This document shows positions 45,720-57,322 of a stretch of DNA of 64,000 bases, piece by piece. The notes beneath the pieces are model-generated. The model had not been told where the DNA came from and did no database searches. It saw nothing but the letters and a program-made list of their open reading frames with translations. The stretch's first letter is position 1, and every line of letters starts with the position of its first letter. This DNA is from Macrostomum lignano. Taxonomy: Eukaryota. The position numbers and the translations under genes are program-made. Location: the NCBI GenBank assembly GCA_002269645.1, contig NIVC01000305.1, positions 372,001 through 436,000 on the forward strand, read 5' to 3'.

Positions 45720-47445
45720 TTGATATCAATTACCGGAGGAGGGGCACAGAGGAAGGCATTCATGCCTTCAAAGGGAGTAGAGGGTGGAGCGCCTATAGTC
45801 ATGCGTCAGGCTCTGCCCTGGATTTTGTAGAGATTGCCGAAATTCCAAAATTGCCGAAAGTGGGCTAGATGACCGCTAGCCCACACGAGGCTGGCGTAAC
45901 AGATTGAGGGGCGGATAATGGCAGTGTAAATCCACCACAGTTTTCTGGGGGTGAGCCCTAGGTGGTTCCTACGGCGCGCCTAATCTGAGCCAGGACAGCC
46001 AGGGCTTTTTTGGCTTTGGTTTGGATGTGCGGAGTCCAGTTTAGCCTGTGGTCCAGAGTGAGGCCCAGGCAGCGGACCTGCTTCTCATGGAAATATCCTT
46101 TCCATAGAGGGCGAGGGGCTTAATGGTCCAGAGCAGTTTGTTGGTAAACATGACCGCTGTGGTTTTCGACTCTGAGAGTCTAAGGCCACATTGGTTTGCC
46201 CAACGCTCCGCTCGTCCCAGAAAGCCCTGCAGAAGATCTCTGAGGTATCAAACGAGGGACCCGCGCATATGGTGGTCACATTATAGGCATGGCCCACCTT
46301 GAGAATGGTGTCATGGAGATCACTGCAAAGCAACTTATCCATGCGTCCTTTCTGGACAGGCGCCGTTAGAGAGCTGCTGTTCAGGTGGACCACGACAGTG
46401 CGGTTCCGGATCATGAACATGATCCACCGAACAAGGGGAGGGTGCGTGGCCCTGGATTCCAGGGGTCTGCAAAAGGCCTCGAAGGCCCCCTCAATCTCCA
46501 GGAAAAGCGAGAGGGCAAAGCCGCTGCCAAGAACGGCCCTCTTCAGGAAGTCAACGATGACATTGAGGGCACTCTCGGTGGACCTGCCCGCGCGGAAGGC
46601 GTGCTGGTTTTGCGAGAGAGGGAAGCGCTTCAGCTCGATTGAAAGTAAGCGCCAAAGCACCAGTCTTTCGAGGAGCTTAAGGCAGAAGGAGGTAAGGCTG
46701 ATAGGCCTGAAGGCCTTCACCTATTGGTAGTCGCAATATCCAGGCTTGGGGATAAAGACCACCCGGGCCTCTTTCCACGCAACTGGTACATAGCCCAGCT
46801 CCACACAAGCTCGGAGGAGACGACAGAGGAGGTCTAGGAAGCGGTGGTTTTTCACTGCCTCGTGCAAGAACGCTTAGTAGATGCCATCGGGCCCGGGCGC
46901 CTTGAACGGGTTGAAGGACCTTGTCGCTCTAGTAATGCGGTCTTTGGTGATAATAGACTTTGCTTGGCCTTGCCCTTCCACGGTGTGGTCAGGCGGGCCC
47001 TGCTGAGTCGGAGATTTAGGGAAGAAACTGTTGAGCATAAGCTCTAGAGTATCTTCAGAGCTCTCTGTGACCGAGCCATCAGGTCTCTTCACAACAGAGA
47101 GTTTAGAAAAACGGTCGTTCGTGAGTGCCTTTACCATGTGGGCTACGGGGCGAGAGCCCTCAAGCCCTTCGCAATATTGGCGCCACTTGGCCCTTCTGAC
47201 TTGGCCCTTAAACTCGTGGATAGCACGGGTATAGGCCTCTCTATCAGATGGGTCTTTGGTTTTCAACGCTCGTCTTTGGAGGGTCCTGGCTCGGCGCCGA
47301 AGGCTCTGGGTTTCATCAGGGAGCAGATTTCTTGCCTTTGAAGGCCTTAAGAGAGCAGGCTGCCTCATAGGCAGTGGTGATCGCCCCGTCCAGGGGGGAG
47401 GCGTGATCATCCACAACCCGGCAGTCAGAGAGGTCACTGGGGACT
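45720..47445 (-). mobile_element. Duplicate of the minus-strand LINE RT fragment
   Basis: Near-identical to 34900-36610. It carries an extra segment (GGAAGAAACTGTTGAGCATAAGCTCTAGAGTATCTTCA) and lacks a short segment near 46480. Confidence 0.85.
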
Positions 47446-47492
47446 AGACTGCTAGATCGGAACCCAACCATTCGATGGATGGAGTTGCCCTA

Positions 47493-48688
47493 GCTCCAGA
47501 GGCTTATTCTCTGGCGGCTGCTTTCATGCGAGCTGACAGCAATGCCCCTCAGCAATAATCAGCACGCCTTCCGTACCGAGAGAACGACTGACAGCGCCCT
47601 GCATGCGATAGTCGAAAAGATTGAACGGGCGGTACTGGGTGACGGTTACGCCCTGGCTCTTTTTCTCGACATTGTTGGCGCCTTCGACAACGTTATCTTT
47701 GAAGCGTTTCAGAGGGCCCTTCAAAACCACAAAGCCCACGCTACCCTCATACGGTGGATCATGTACATGATCTCTAACCGTACGGTCACTGCCCAACTTC
47801 TCGGGCAAACTGCCTCCGCCAGAGTCTGTAAGGGTGGACCCCAAGGCGGAGTCCTCACCCCGATGCTCTGGAATCTGTTCATGGACGCTCTTCTGTGTGA
47901 CTCCCGACCTGATCCTGTTTTCAAAGTCGGGTATGCTGACGACGTCACTGCCATTGTGGCAGGGCAGTCCCCCAGCACGCTCAGGGATCTGATGCAGAGC
48001 TTTATCCGCAAAGCAGAATCCTGGGCCAATGACAACGGTCTGGAACTCTCTGAGACCAAAACCGTTGCCATTATGTTCACCAGCAGAATACGCTGAAACA
48101 TACGACCTCTGCAGTTATAAGGCAGAGATATTGCCTTCGCGCACCAGACCAGATGTCTCGGGGTCATAATTGACCACCGGCTCAACTGGTCCTTTCACGT
48201 GAAAGCAAAAGCCAAGCGTGCCTCAGCCATCCTGGCCCAGCTCCGACGAGCACTTGGCACCTCTTGGGGTCTATCCCCAAAGCGACTTTGGTGGATCTAC
48301 ACTTCCGTAGTTAGACCTGCCATTACGTACGCCTCGGTTGTCTGGGTTAGCGCTACCCAGGTCAAAAGTCATGCAGATTTGCTCAACGCGATCCAGGGCA
48401 GAGCGTGTAGGCTTATCTGCAACGCCACCAGGTCCACGCCCTTTGCTGGCATGGGGGCCTTCCTTAATCTACCGCCTCTCGACCTCTTCGTCAGGGGTGA
48501 GGCGGCTAGAACGACGCGGCGTTTACTTGATGCCGGCGTCAAATTCCTTTGCATGAGGGCACCTGCTAAGCGGAACCTCGTCCCGCATAGCGACCTGTGC
48601 CTCAACATTCTTAACGAGTGTCAGGCCAATCGCGTCTTCACCGATGGCATTGCCTCAACGCTCAACATATTGCTAAAAACTTTGCTTT
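47493..48688 (+). mobile_element. Duplicate of the plus-strand LINE RT fragment
   Basis: Near-identical to 36655-37850; GGPQGGVLTPMLWNLFMD and GYADD. Confidence 0.88.
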
Positions 48689-49159
48689 CCTGACCCTCAA
48701 CCGCAGTGGCTGACTCTGGACATATTCGTCACAGCTGGCTGGTCCCTGCTATCCTGCCTGTCCTTCGTGCCCCTGTTCGCTCACGTGGCCTACTCCAGTC
48801 GACTAAAGCGAGGTATACTAGACTTGGACCTGAATCATTACGTCACCACGCTGGTGGTAAATCCTAATCTAATAGTTACCATGACAACAGGTGACAAAGC
48901 ATCCGCCTTTGAGCCAGCTGTGAGGAAACAACGATTTCAATTTATAAATCTTATAATCGAAAACCGAATTAAATCATATATAAAAGTACGAGTAATCCTT
49001 TTCAGTCGTTCTCTACATTTTATCCAATATTAACGCTGTACATTAGAAACTGCGTTGTGACAGCTAGTCTGGTAAACTCCTTTAATTTATTGGATTTGAC
49101 TTGTTATACAACAGCTTTTAGCCCTTTAGCTTCACTGATTAGCCAGTAGATTCGCTTAA

Positions 49160-49694
49160 CAGTAGGAATGCCACGCCATTTTTCCGCCCGTCGAACTACC
49201 AAGGGGAAGGGGATTCCCCCCTAACAAGTGTTTTTGCTGCGCCCGAACGGAGCAACGCAGGCACACGAAATTCAAGAACACGGGCTAACCTTTGTTATGC
49301 AACTTCTCAAACAAGAATCAAGTGGCCAGCCCTCCGGACCGTCGAGATATTCGACGATTCTGCCAGAAAGTCGGATTTTAGCCATAAGCGATAGTGTATT
49401 CAGTACACCCCTGTACGCCAATTAGCACTGCGCCTTAGTGCAGCCTTTTCAAGCCTCCAAATTTCATCAGCACGTCGATCACACGCGGCTGCTTCAGCTC
49501 TGACTTCTTTAGTCACTGGCCTTCACCCAGGCGGAGCTTCTGGACCTTCAACAGGTGGCACCAGGTGAGTTTGAGAAGTTGCACAACAAAAAGTTAGCCC
49601 GTGCTCTTGAATTTCGTGTGCCTGCGTTGCTCCGTTCGGGCGCATTAAAGAAATTGTCAGAGGGGGGGTAAATTCCCCCTTGGTAGTTCTACTG
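49160..49694. mobile_element. Second copy of the same MITE, carried by segmental duplication
   Basis: Same ends, TTAA flanks and context as 38322-38855. Confidence 0.88.
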
Positions 49695-50618
49695 TTAATA
49701 GTAGCAAGTAGAGTGTAGTCTCATTAAATTTTAATTCAGTTTTAGCTAAGCAACGACCAAACAATTTTCGCAGAGTACTTCAAGCGAGTTGCCTTGCTGT
49801 AAATCTGTTTACAAACCAAATACTTCGTGTTGATCGGCAAGAAAAATCATCCAATAATCGACGAGATAAACAAAATCAACCTGCTGTCACTGAATAATCG
49901 AGGCAAGTCGTTGCTATGGATACAACAGAATGCATCTTAGGACAGGATGCATATTTAGAACAAATTACTTGAATCGACTTCAAATTTATCACTGCAAAGT
50001 AATTTTTATCAAACTTTGGTAATCACGATTTATAGTACCGCATAAATAGCCTACTTGAGTCAACAAATATACTCTGAAGTTTTTAAGCCGTTTATATGCG
50101 AGAGGAAACATATTTCGAGGTAAAATAACATAACAGAATAAATTACAATGTCATATAGTTAATTACACAACCGACTCTAAAAATGATAGAGCCAAGTCAA
50201 TTAGACATGAAAGCTCGTTGAAAAATACGCACGAAACTAATAAAAAGATTATTTACATTAATTAATTTCCAAGGCAAACGCACTGTCAGGACAAATCAAC
50301 CTACGAGTAATCAAACACAGACGCAAATGATCCATCAATTTATGAGTTAGCCAATAGCACTAAATGGGATGGCGATTCAATTATTCAATTATTCAATTAT
50401 TCAATTATTCAAACGGGTATTTGCTATGCCCCGATAGCAAATAACCACGATTGCTTCCCATGAACACTGCTTAGTTTGGACTATATGCAATCATAAAACG
50501 CATACCGGATGCAATATTGTCTGCTTCTATGCATCCATGTAGCATCCAGAGATTACAAATACCGGCATCGCAGCAGTGTATTAGTCGAATTAGAGGCATC
50601 TAAGTGGAATCTTTCGCG

Positions 50619-51946
50619 ATGGCTGTCGAAGGGATGAAGTTGCTTGCAATATTGCTTCTGTTCTGTTCGATCCTGGCAACGGAAAGCATCGCCAAGCGGA
50701 GAGACTATCAAGCCGAGCTGTTCAAATACTTGAAGAACAACATTACTGACTACAGTCCAAAACTGCGACCTACGCTCGACCCAGACCAGGATGTGGAAGT
50801 ACACGTCATCGCCTCGCCAAGAATGATTGTATCCGTGGACAGTGCCAAGCAGAGCATGACAATAGCTGGCATGTTTTTTGCCAGCTGGTACGAGGAGCGA
50901 CTGGTCTGGGACCCCCGGCTTTTCGGAAATGTCACCGCGATGGACTGGGACGGCAACCAGCTCTGGTTCCCGGTCATATTTGTCTACAACGGCATGGGAG
51001 ACAATCAACTACTCAGTCCTCAGTTTCCGCCGTACATCACTTCCGTGCAGTCCAATTTGTCAGTGGTATCGACAACCTGGAGACAGGAGTGGGAGTTCTC
51101 TTGCGAGTTTAATATGACCCGCTTCCCTCTGGACCGTCACATCTGCGACATGGAGCTGTTCATGAATTCCCGCGAATCGGACAAAATTGTCCTAAGAAAA
51201 GGCTTATTATTGGCAAACTCATCCTTTGAATACAATGAAGGCGTGGCTTTTGCTCGTAACAGCGAATGGCGGGTGCTGAACCTCAGCACATTCATACGGT
51301 ACAACGACTTCAAAATGTTCAAAAATCTGCCGCCAGTGAAAATGCCGAACTTCGTGATGCGACTGGAGATTGAGCGAGTGTCCACTTACTACATGCTCAA
51401 CGTGGTGACTCCCCTAATGCTGCTCACGCTGCTCAGGTGCTCGTCTTCTTCGTGCCCGTCGAGTCTGGAGAGAAGCTGGGCTTCGGCATCACCATCATGC
51501 TGAGCTACACGGTGTTCCTGCTGCTGCTGGACGGCCTGCTGCCCAAGTCGCAGTCGATGCCGGCCGTGGCGTCGTTCATCACGGCGGCCATGGTGCTGTC
51601 GACGTCGTCTCTGCTGCTGACGTCGGTGTCGATTCGGTTCCACTTCGCTGCGGAGTCTCAGCCGATGCCGTCGTGTCTCCGGGTCGTGTTCGTGAGCTGC
51701 CTGGGCCGCGTGATGCTGTGCGGTGAGCGGCGAGGCGGCAGCAGGACGGCACCGGAGGGAGACCTCGATGATTCTGCTGTGAACAAACCGAGCCGTGACG
51801 ATGTGAGGACCGGAGAGACGTCCGGAGAGCCGAGGCGCTCGGAGTGGCAGGTTGCAGAGGTCGCCGTGGAGCGGCTGCTGATCCTCCTAGGCTGTCCGGT
51901 CACTTTGGCCATCACGTTTTGTTTCCTTATTTTTCCGTTTCTTTGA
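50619..51946 (+). pseudogene. Intronless Cys-loop channel copy 4 (A-type) with a 1-bp deletion in M1
   Basis: CTGCTCCAGGTG in the other copies reads CTGCTCAGGTG at ~51434, splitting the ORF (50619-51503 and 51437-51946). This may be a homopolymer sequencing error. Confidence 0.75.
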
Positions 51947-52409
51947 AAAAACATTCGGTGGCACCTTCACGGAGATGGGTTTTCTGATGGGTTAAAAATT
52001 CTCGTGTCTGACGAGAGTTTCGATATCTAAGCACCAAATTAACTTTGAAGATGATACGAAAACATTTTAATAGTGTAATAAAGTCGGTTACTAATATATA
52101 GTTGCACTGAGTGAGGTGAAGAGTAAGTATCACGCTTAAACGTCATTAGTAATTTTTTCGGCGAACTGAATGTATAGATGTATACGGACACTGTACTAAA
52201 AAATTATGATTACTCTTTTCTAGGTCAAGTTTTTCTTTGGTAAGACCCTCTTGGCACAGCGCAAAAAGCTTAAAAAGATCAGAATAAACAACTTTTCTAT
52301 GCATTGCCGCTATCCAATAAGATTCTTTTAAAGTTTTTGATTGAAGATTGTCAAAAAACGCATGCTTGCTTCAGGTGTTATTTATAATATAAAATAGTAC
52401 AATCATATA

Positions 52410-52702
52410 ATGATAGATAACACCTGTCCTAATGAAGCAGATTTGCAACCGACAGCTCAGCCGCAGCTATTGCGTGTCGCATCTGAAGGCTGCGTACGGC
52501 TGTTCAGTCCGAGGACTGGGGGGGGGGGTTCATACACACCCTCAATTACCCCCAGCTAATGCTGGTACAAATTTTACAGCTGGGTGAACCGAAGCGTGTC
52601 AGTGTCTTGCTCGAGGACACAAATTGTTCCAAGAGGGTCGAGAATCGAACCCCCGACCTTTCAGTCGTGAGTCCGACGCTCTGACCACTAGGCTAGATTT
52701 AA
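52410..52702 (-). mobile_element. Duplicate of the tRNA-derived SINE
   Basis: TAGCCTAGTGGTCAGAGCG...GGTTCGATTCTCG on the minus strand, in the same context as 41580-41870. Confidence 0.6.
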
Positions 52703-53602
52703 CTACATCCAATAATAAGATAGTTGAGATGACGCAAGTGCAGGAAGGTTCCATGGGAATCGGCCAGAATTGCAAGTCTGAAAACGGCGCAGTATTATTT
52801 GATGCAAACATTTTGAAGGGACTGCGTGCGGAAAACTTATTATAAATCACGCATGGGTTTCATCATATATTCTTTACCTTTTCATCCATATACATGTGAA
52901 AAATACTTGCTTGCTGTTATTCATTCTAAGTTACGCGTCCTAAAGCGCGTCTGCTGCCCCTTGAGGATCAAGGGGAAAACTGAGCACTACCGTGACTTAT
53001 TGATATGTAATGTTTTAGGGTCTTTGACCTTAACTATGTATATAAGCTAGGACACAATGGATCAATGGTACAAGCTAAAATTAAATTGGGCATTAGTTAT
53101 TATTATACGCTATCGTATCTCAGATGAATCACATGTAAGTTCTTAGTTTGCGGCCGATTAGAAACTTATAGCTGCATTTAGTCATTCTACATTAGATGTC
53201 CACACGCTCCTCGAGCGAGCTTTATCCAGAGGCAAATATCAGCAGAGGAGCTGCGTAGAATCCGCAAATATCAGTCATACCTGGCAAAGTCAATTTAGAA
53301 AATGAATCGCAAATAATACTAATTTTCTGATGAGACGAAAGTCACACAATGAGATATACCTGGCTCAGTGCTGCATCAGATTAATTACGGATACTCAGTG
53401 ACTGCAATTCACAGATGCTCGTAGCAACTAAATAGGCAGACTATGCAAACTTCAGAATTTGATAGCCTACTGCAGTGTCAACATGTAAAACGCATTTACG
53501 CTTGTATAGCTTAAAGGCTCGGGTTCAACAGGATCTTGGGATTTTATTGTCCAAGCTTAGCACGCTGCTCATCATTGAGACGGCTAACTCAACTACATCC
53601 AC

Positions 53603-54910
53603 ATGCCACAGTTTAGCCTTACCCGCTTCTGTTTGGTCTTCAGCGCCATCGCTAGTGTTCAGGCGGCTCAGGCTAGAGACTTTGAAGCGGATTTGCTCGA
53701 TTACTTGAAGACTAACAACTCTCGGTATAGCCGTACGCTCAGGCCGAAACTAGATCCACATCAGGTGATTGAAGTGTCGCTCGGTGCTTGTCTGCTGAAA
53801 ATTCTGGACGTAGACAGCGCCAAGCAGAGCGTCACCATAGCCGCAATGGTCTACGCGATGTGGTTTGATGAACGCCTCGTCTGGGACCCGACCCAGTTTG
53901 GGAACATCACAATATTGGAATGGGACAACCAGCAAATCTGGTTTCCTCCAATCGTTATTCTGAATGGTCTCGGCGACAATCAGCTGCTGAAGCCGGAGTT
54001 TCCATCATTTTTGGCCTCGATGTCATCGAAAAAGACATTGGTGTCGACTATTTGGCGACGAGATTTCGAGTTCACCTGCCAATTAAGCATGTACCGATTT
54101 CCAATGGATCGACACGTATGCAATTTTAGTTTGTATATGGAGGACCAGGCTCAGCTATACAAAAGTATCGTTCCAAGCAAGAAATTTTTGTGGAATGCGG
54201 AGAATGAGCAAGATGTGGAGTTAAATGAAATTGGTGCGTATAAAAACAGCAGCGAGTGGCGACTGCTAAGTTTGAGTACTTCGGTAGAATATGGACTTGT
54301 CAACTTTTTTAAGAATTCACCACTGATGCTAATACCAGCCTACAATATGCAAATGGAAATCGAGCGGGAGTCCACTTACTACATGCTCAACGTGGTGACT
54401 CCACTACTGCTGCTCACGCTGCTCCAGGTGCTCGTCTTCTTCGTGCCAGTCGAGTCTGGAGAGAAGCTTGGCTTCGGCATCACCATCATGCTGAGCTACA
54501 CGGTGTTCCTGCTGCTGCTGGACGGCCTGCTGCCCAAGTCGCAGTCGATGCCGGCCGTGGCGTCGTTCATCACGGCGGCCATGGTGCTGTCGACGTCGTC
54601 TCTGCTGCTGACGTCGGTAGCGATTCGGTTCCACTTCGCTGCGGAGTCTCAGCCGATGCCGTTGTGTCTCTGGGTCGTGTTCGTGAGCTGCCTGGGCCGC
54701 GTGATGCTGTGCGGTGAGCGGCGAGGCGGCAGCAGGACGGCGCCGGAGGGAGACGCCGATGACTCCGTGGTGAGCAAGGCGAGCGACGTCGGTGAAAGGC
54801 GCTCGGAGTGGCAGGTCGCAGCGGTCGCCGTGGAGCGGCTGATGATTTTCTTGGGCTGTTCTGCCGCAGTGGCCACTGTGGCTGCATTTGTCATTGTTCC
54901 ATTCTGTTAA
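53603..54910 (+). CDS. Intronless Cys-loop ligand-gated ion channel, divergent nAChR-like; copy 5 (B-type, intact)
   Basis: 435-aa ORF with signal peptide, Cys-loop CQLSMYRFPMDRHVC, GEK motif and four TM segments. Confidence 0.92.
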   Translation: MPQFSLTRFCLVFSAIASVQAAQARDFEADLLDYLKTNNSRYSRTLRPKLDPHQVIEVSLGACLLKILDVDSAKQSVTIAAMVYAMWFDERLVWDPTQFGNITILEWDNQQIWFPPIVILNGLGDNQLLKPEFPSFLASMSSKKTLVSTIWRRDFEFTCQLSMYRFPMDRHVCNFSLYMEDQAQLYKSIVPSKKFLWNAENEQDVELNEIGAYKNSSEWRLLSLSTSVEYGLVNFFKNSPLMLIPAYNMQMEIERESTYYMLNVVTPLLLLTLLQVLVFFVPVESGEKLGFGITIMLSYTVFLLLLDGLLPKSQSMPAVASFITAAMVLSTSSLLLTSVAIRFHFAAESQPMPLCLWVVFVSCLGRVMLCGERRGGSRTAPEGDADDSVVSKASDVGERRSEWQVAAVAVERLMIFLGCSAAVATVAAFVIVPFC

Positions 54911-57322
54911 TTTTACTCGTCTAGAGAAAAATCGAAGCACTCTTATTCGGCGTTAAGTTGTAGTATGAGCTTATCGAACGTAATTTCAAAAAAGAAAGAG
55001 CTATTTCCTTTGTCTAATAATTATTCTCTGTTACATTTTTTAAAGAAATAGCTCGCTTCTGAAGCTTTGAAGTCCAAAATAGAAGTTTATATTTGCTTAC
55101 ACTGGCTACTGGACAATGCTTAAAATACAAAATCCAACTTTAAAATCGACGTGGTCGCATTCGCTCTGAATGCACCAATTTTATCCTTTTTGTGAATCTT
55201 TGTGGTCTAATTTTATTTTTTAACCTCTTTTGCGACTAAGGTCTCGGTACTCCGAAACTGAGGCTGTTTTTACTTTATGTACCGGTATGGAAAAGCTTGA
55301 GTTTACACGGCACCTACGGATTCAGAACGGCGAGTTGGAGACTGTCACCAATTGGGACATCCCAAATCTGAAGCGATCACTGATTTGACTTCTGCAACTT
55401 TAACTTTCAGAAACTTTTAGGCTGCACCTTCGTCCCGCATACTGCCGTCCGGGGCTATAAAAGGCACACAGTGAGGACCAAGGGTTTATTGGGCTGAGGA
55501 CCATGGGTTCATTGGACTGAGGACCATGGGTTCATGAGAATGAGATCCATGGGTTCAATGGGCTGAGGACCATGATTTCATGAGACTGAGGACCATGAAT
55601 TCATGAGACTGAGGACCATGATTTCATGAGACTGAGGACCATGGGTTCATGAGAATGAGATCCATGGGTTCAATGGGCTGAGGACCATGATTTCATGAGA
55701 CTGAGGACCATGAATTCATGAGACTGAGGACCATGATTTCATGATACCGAGGACTATGAATTCATGAGACTGAGGACCATGATTTCATGAGACTGAGGAC
55801 CATGGGTTCATGAGAATGAGATCCATGGGTTCAATGAGCTGAGGACCATGATTTCATGAGACTGAGGACCATGAATTCATGAGACTGAGGACCATGATTT
55901 CATGAGACCGAGGACTATGAATTCATGAGACTGAGGACCATGGGTTCATGAGACTGAGGACCATGATTTCATGAGACTGAGGACCATGATTTCATGAGAC
56001 TGAAGACAATGGGTTCATTGGGCAGAAGACCAAGGCTTCGTTGTGCTGAAGACCAATGATGTCGTAGCGTGGGGCATGTGTCGCGTTTCTGGGGCGTTTT
56101 GTGCTGGTATGAGGTTTCGTTTGATTGGTATTTAGTTGGCGTGGGGGCTGCTCTCTTATTACTTGCATCTCGCCACGCCAGTTGGATGAGAGTCTATTTA
56201 TAACCTTTCTATCGCTTTCTATCGCTAACAGAGACAGTGACAGTTCATTAGGTTAGAGACCATGATTTTATTTGTGCTGAGGATCATGGCTTCATGAGAC
56301 TGGGGATCATGGTGTGGTGGCATGCGTCGCTGTTTGCATATACAAAATGTCCTCTACTCGTTGACAGTGAACCTCGACAGCAAAACTGCCATTCCAGTAT
56401 GCCGCTTAGAATTTCGGACGAAACAATTGCATCTAGGTCGTATTTTGTCATCTCGAATAGCTATTTGCTTTTCTTCCAGCTTTCCAATCTAAAGCAATAA
56501 TAAATCCACAGTCACAGGCTCAGAGCGATAGCTAATGCATCCGCAAACACTGGATGAAAGCGATTTAATGTCATAAAAATCTCGAAGTAGTCACTGACCT
56601 AGAGTAAATACCTGAGCTATGTTTACACAGATATGTAAACATGAACACTTGAGTTCAGACCAATGGAATATCTTTGAATCATTTTTTAGGATAAATATAG
56701 CTATCTGGATTGATATCCGCCAGTCAAAGCCAATGGATTATATGGCTCTGGTTCCAGTGCTGTCCGTTCAAACAAAACCCATCACAGGCAGGCTGGTCGC
56801 AAAGAAATTTGTTCTACACAGTGACCTGGAACTGTTTGCCCTGTGCATTAGCCTAATTGCATTTCGGAGGAGTGTATTTACAAATAGGACTATAGAAACG
56901 TATGATTATTAGTGTCCAAATACCAAGTTTTCGGACAAAGCAAAGTTTGTCACGGTATAGATTGGAGTGCTTTCAGTTCCAGGCGTTCAATAAATTCTTT
57001 TTCAGGAAAATCGAGTGTATAGTGTATTTCTACTCCAGTTATTAATGTTTGTGATTAAGTGAATAATTAATCTGTCAAATATCTTGTGTGTCCTCTAACG
57101 AATGTTTATCAATCTGCCGTGTTACTCACATTGCCAGTAGTTTATCCAATTACCGCATTAGCAGCTTCATGCTGCAGCATAAATCTGATTAGCTTCAGCC
57201 AATAACTATTCACCAGGGAAGTGAAAAAGCAGCCGAACTCTAAAAAAAGATGAGCCTGCTCACATAAAACCTGCGATTCACCAACCGGAGTTCACTGCTT
57301 ACTGGTCTCAAATAAGAGCGAA

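Larger units (their letters stand above)
30669..56050 (+). repeat. Tandem segmental duplication: three units starting at 30669, 37851 and 48689
   Basis: The shared landmark CCTGACCCTCAACCGC recurs at these positions (periods 7182 and 10838 bp). Promoters, receptors, spacers, LINE pair, SINE and MITE recur in register. Confidence 0.9.

Noticed and set aside
53327-53340. CTGATGAGACGAAA resembling a hammerhead ribozyme core (variant at ~42597)
   Set aside because: No room for stem II, no matching stem III or NUH cleavage site, and GAAA is not conserved in the duplicate.
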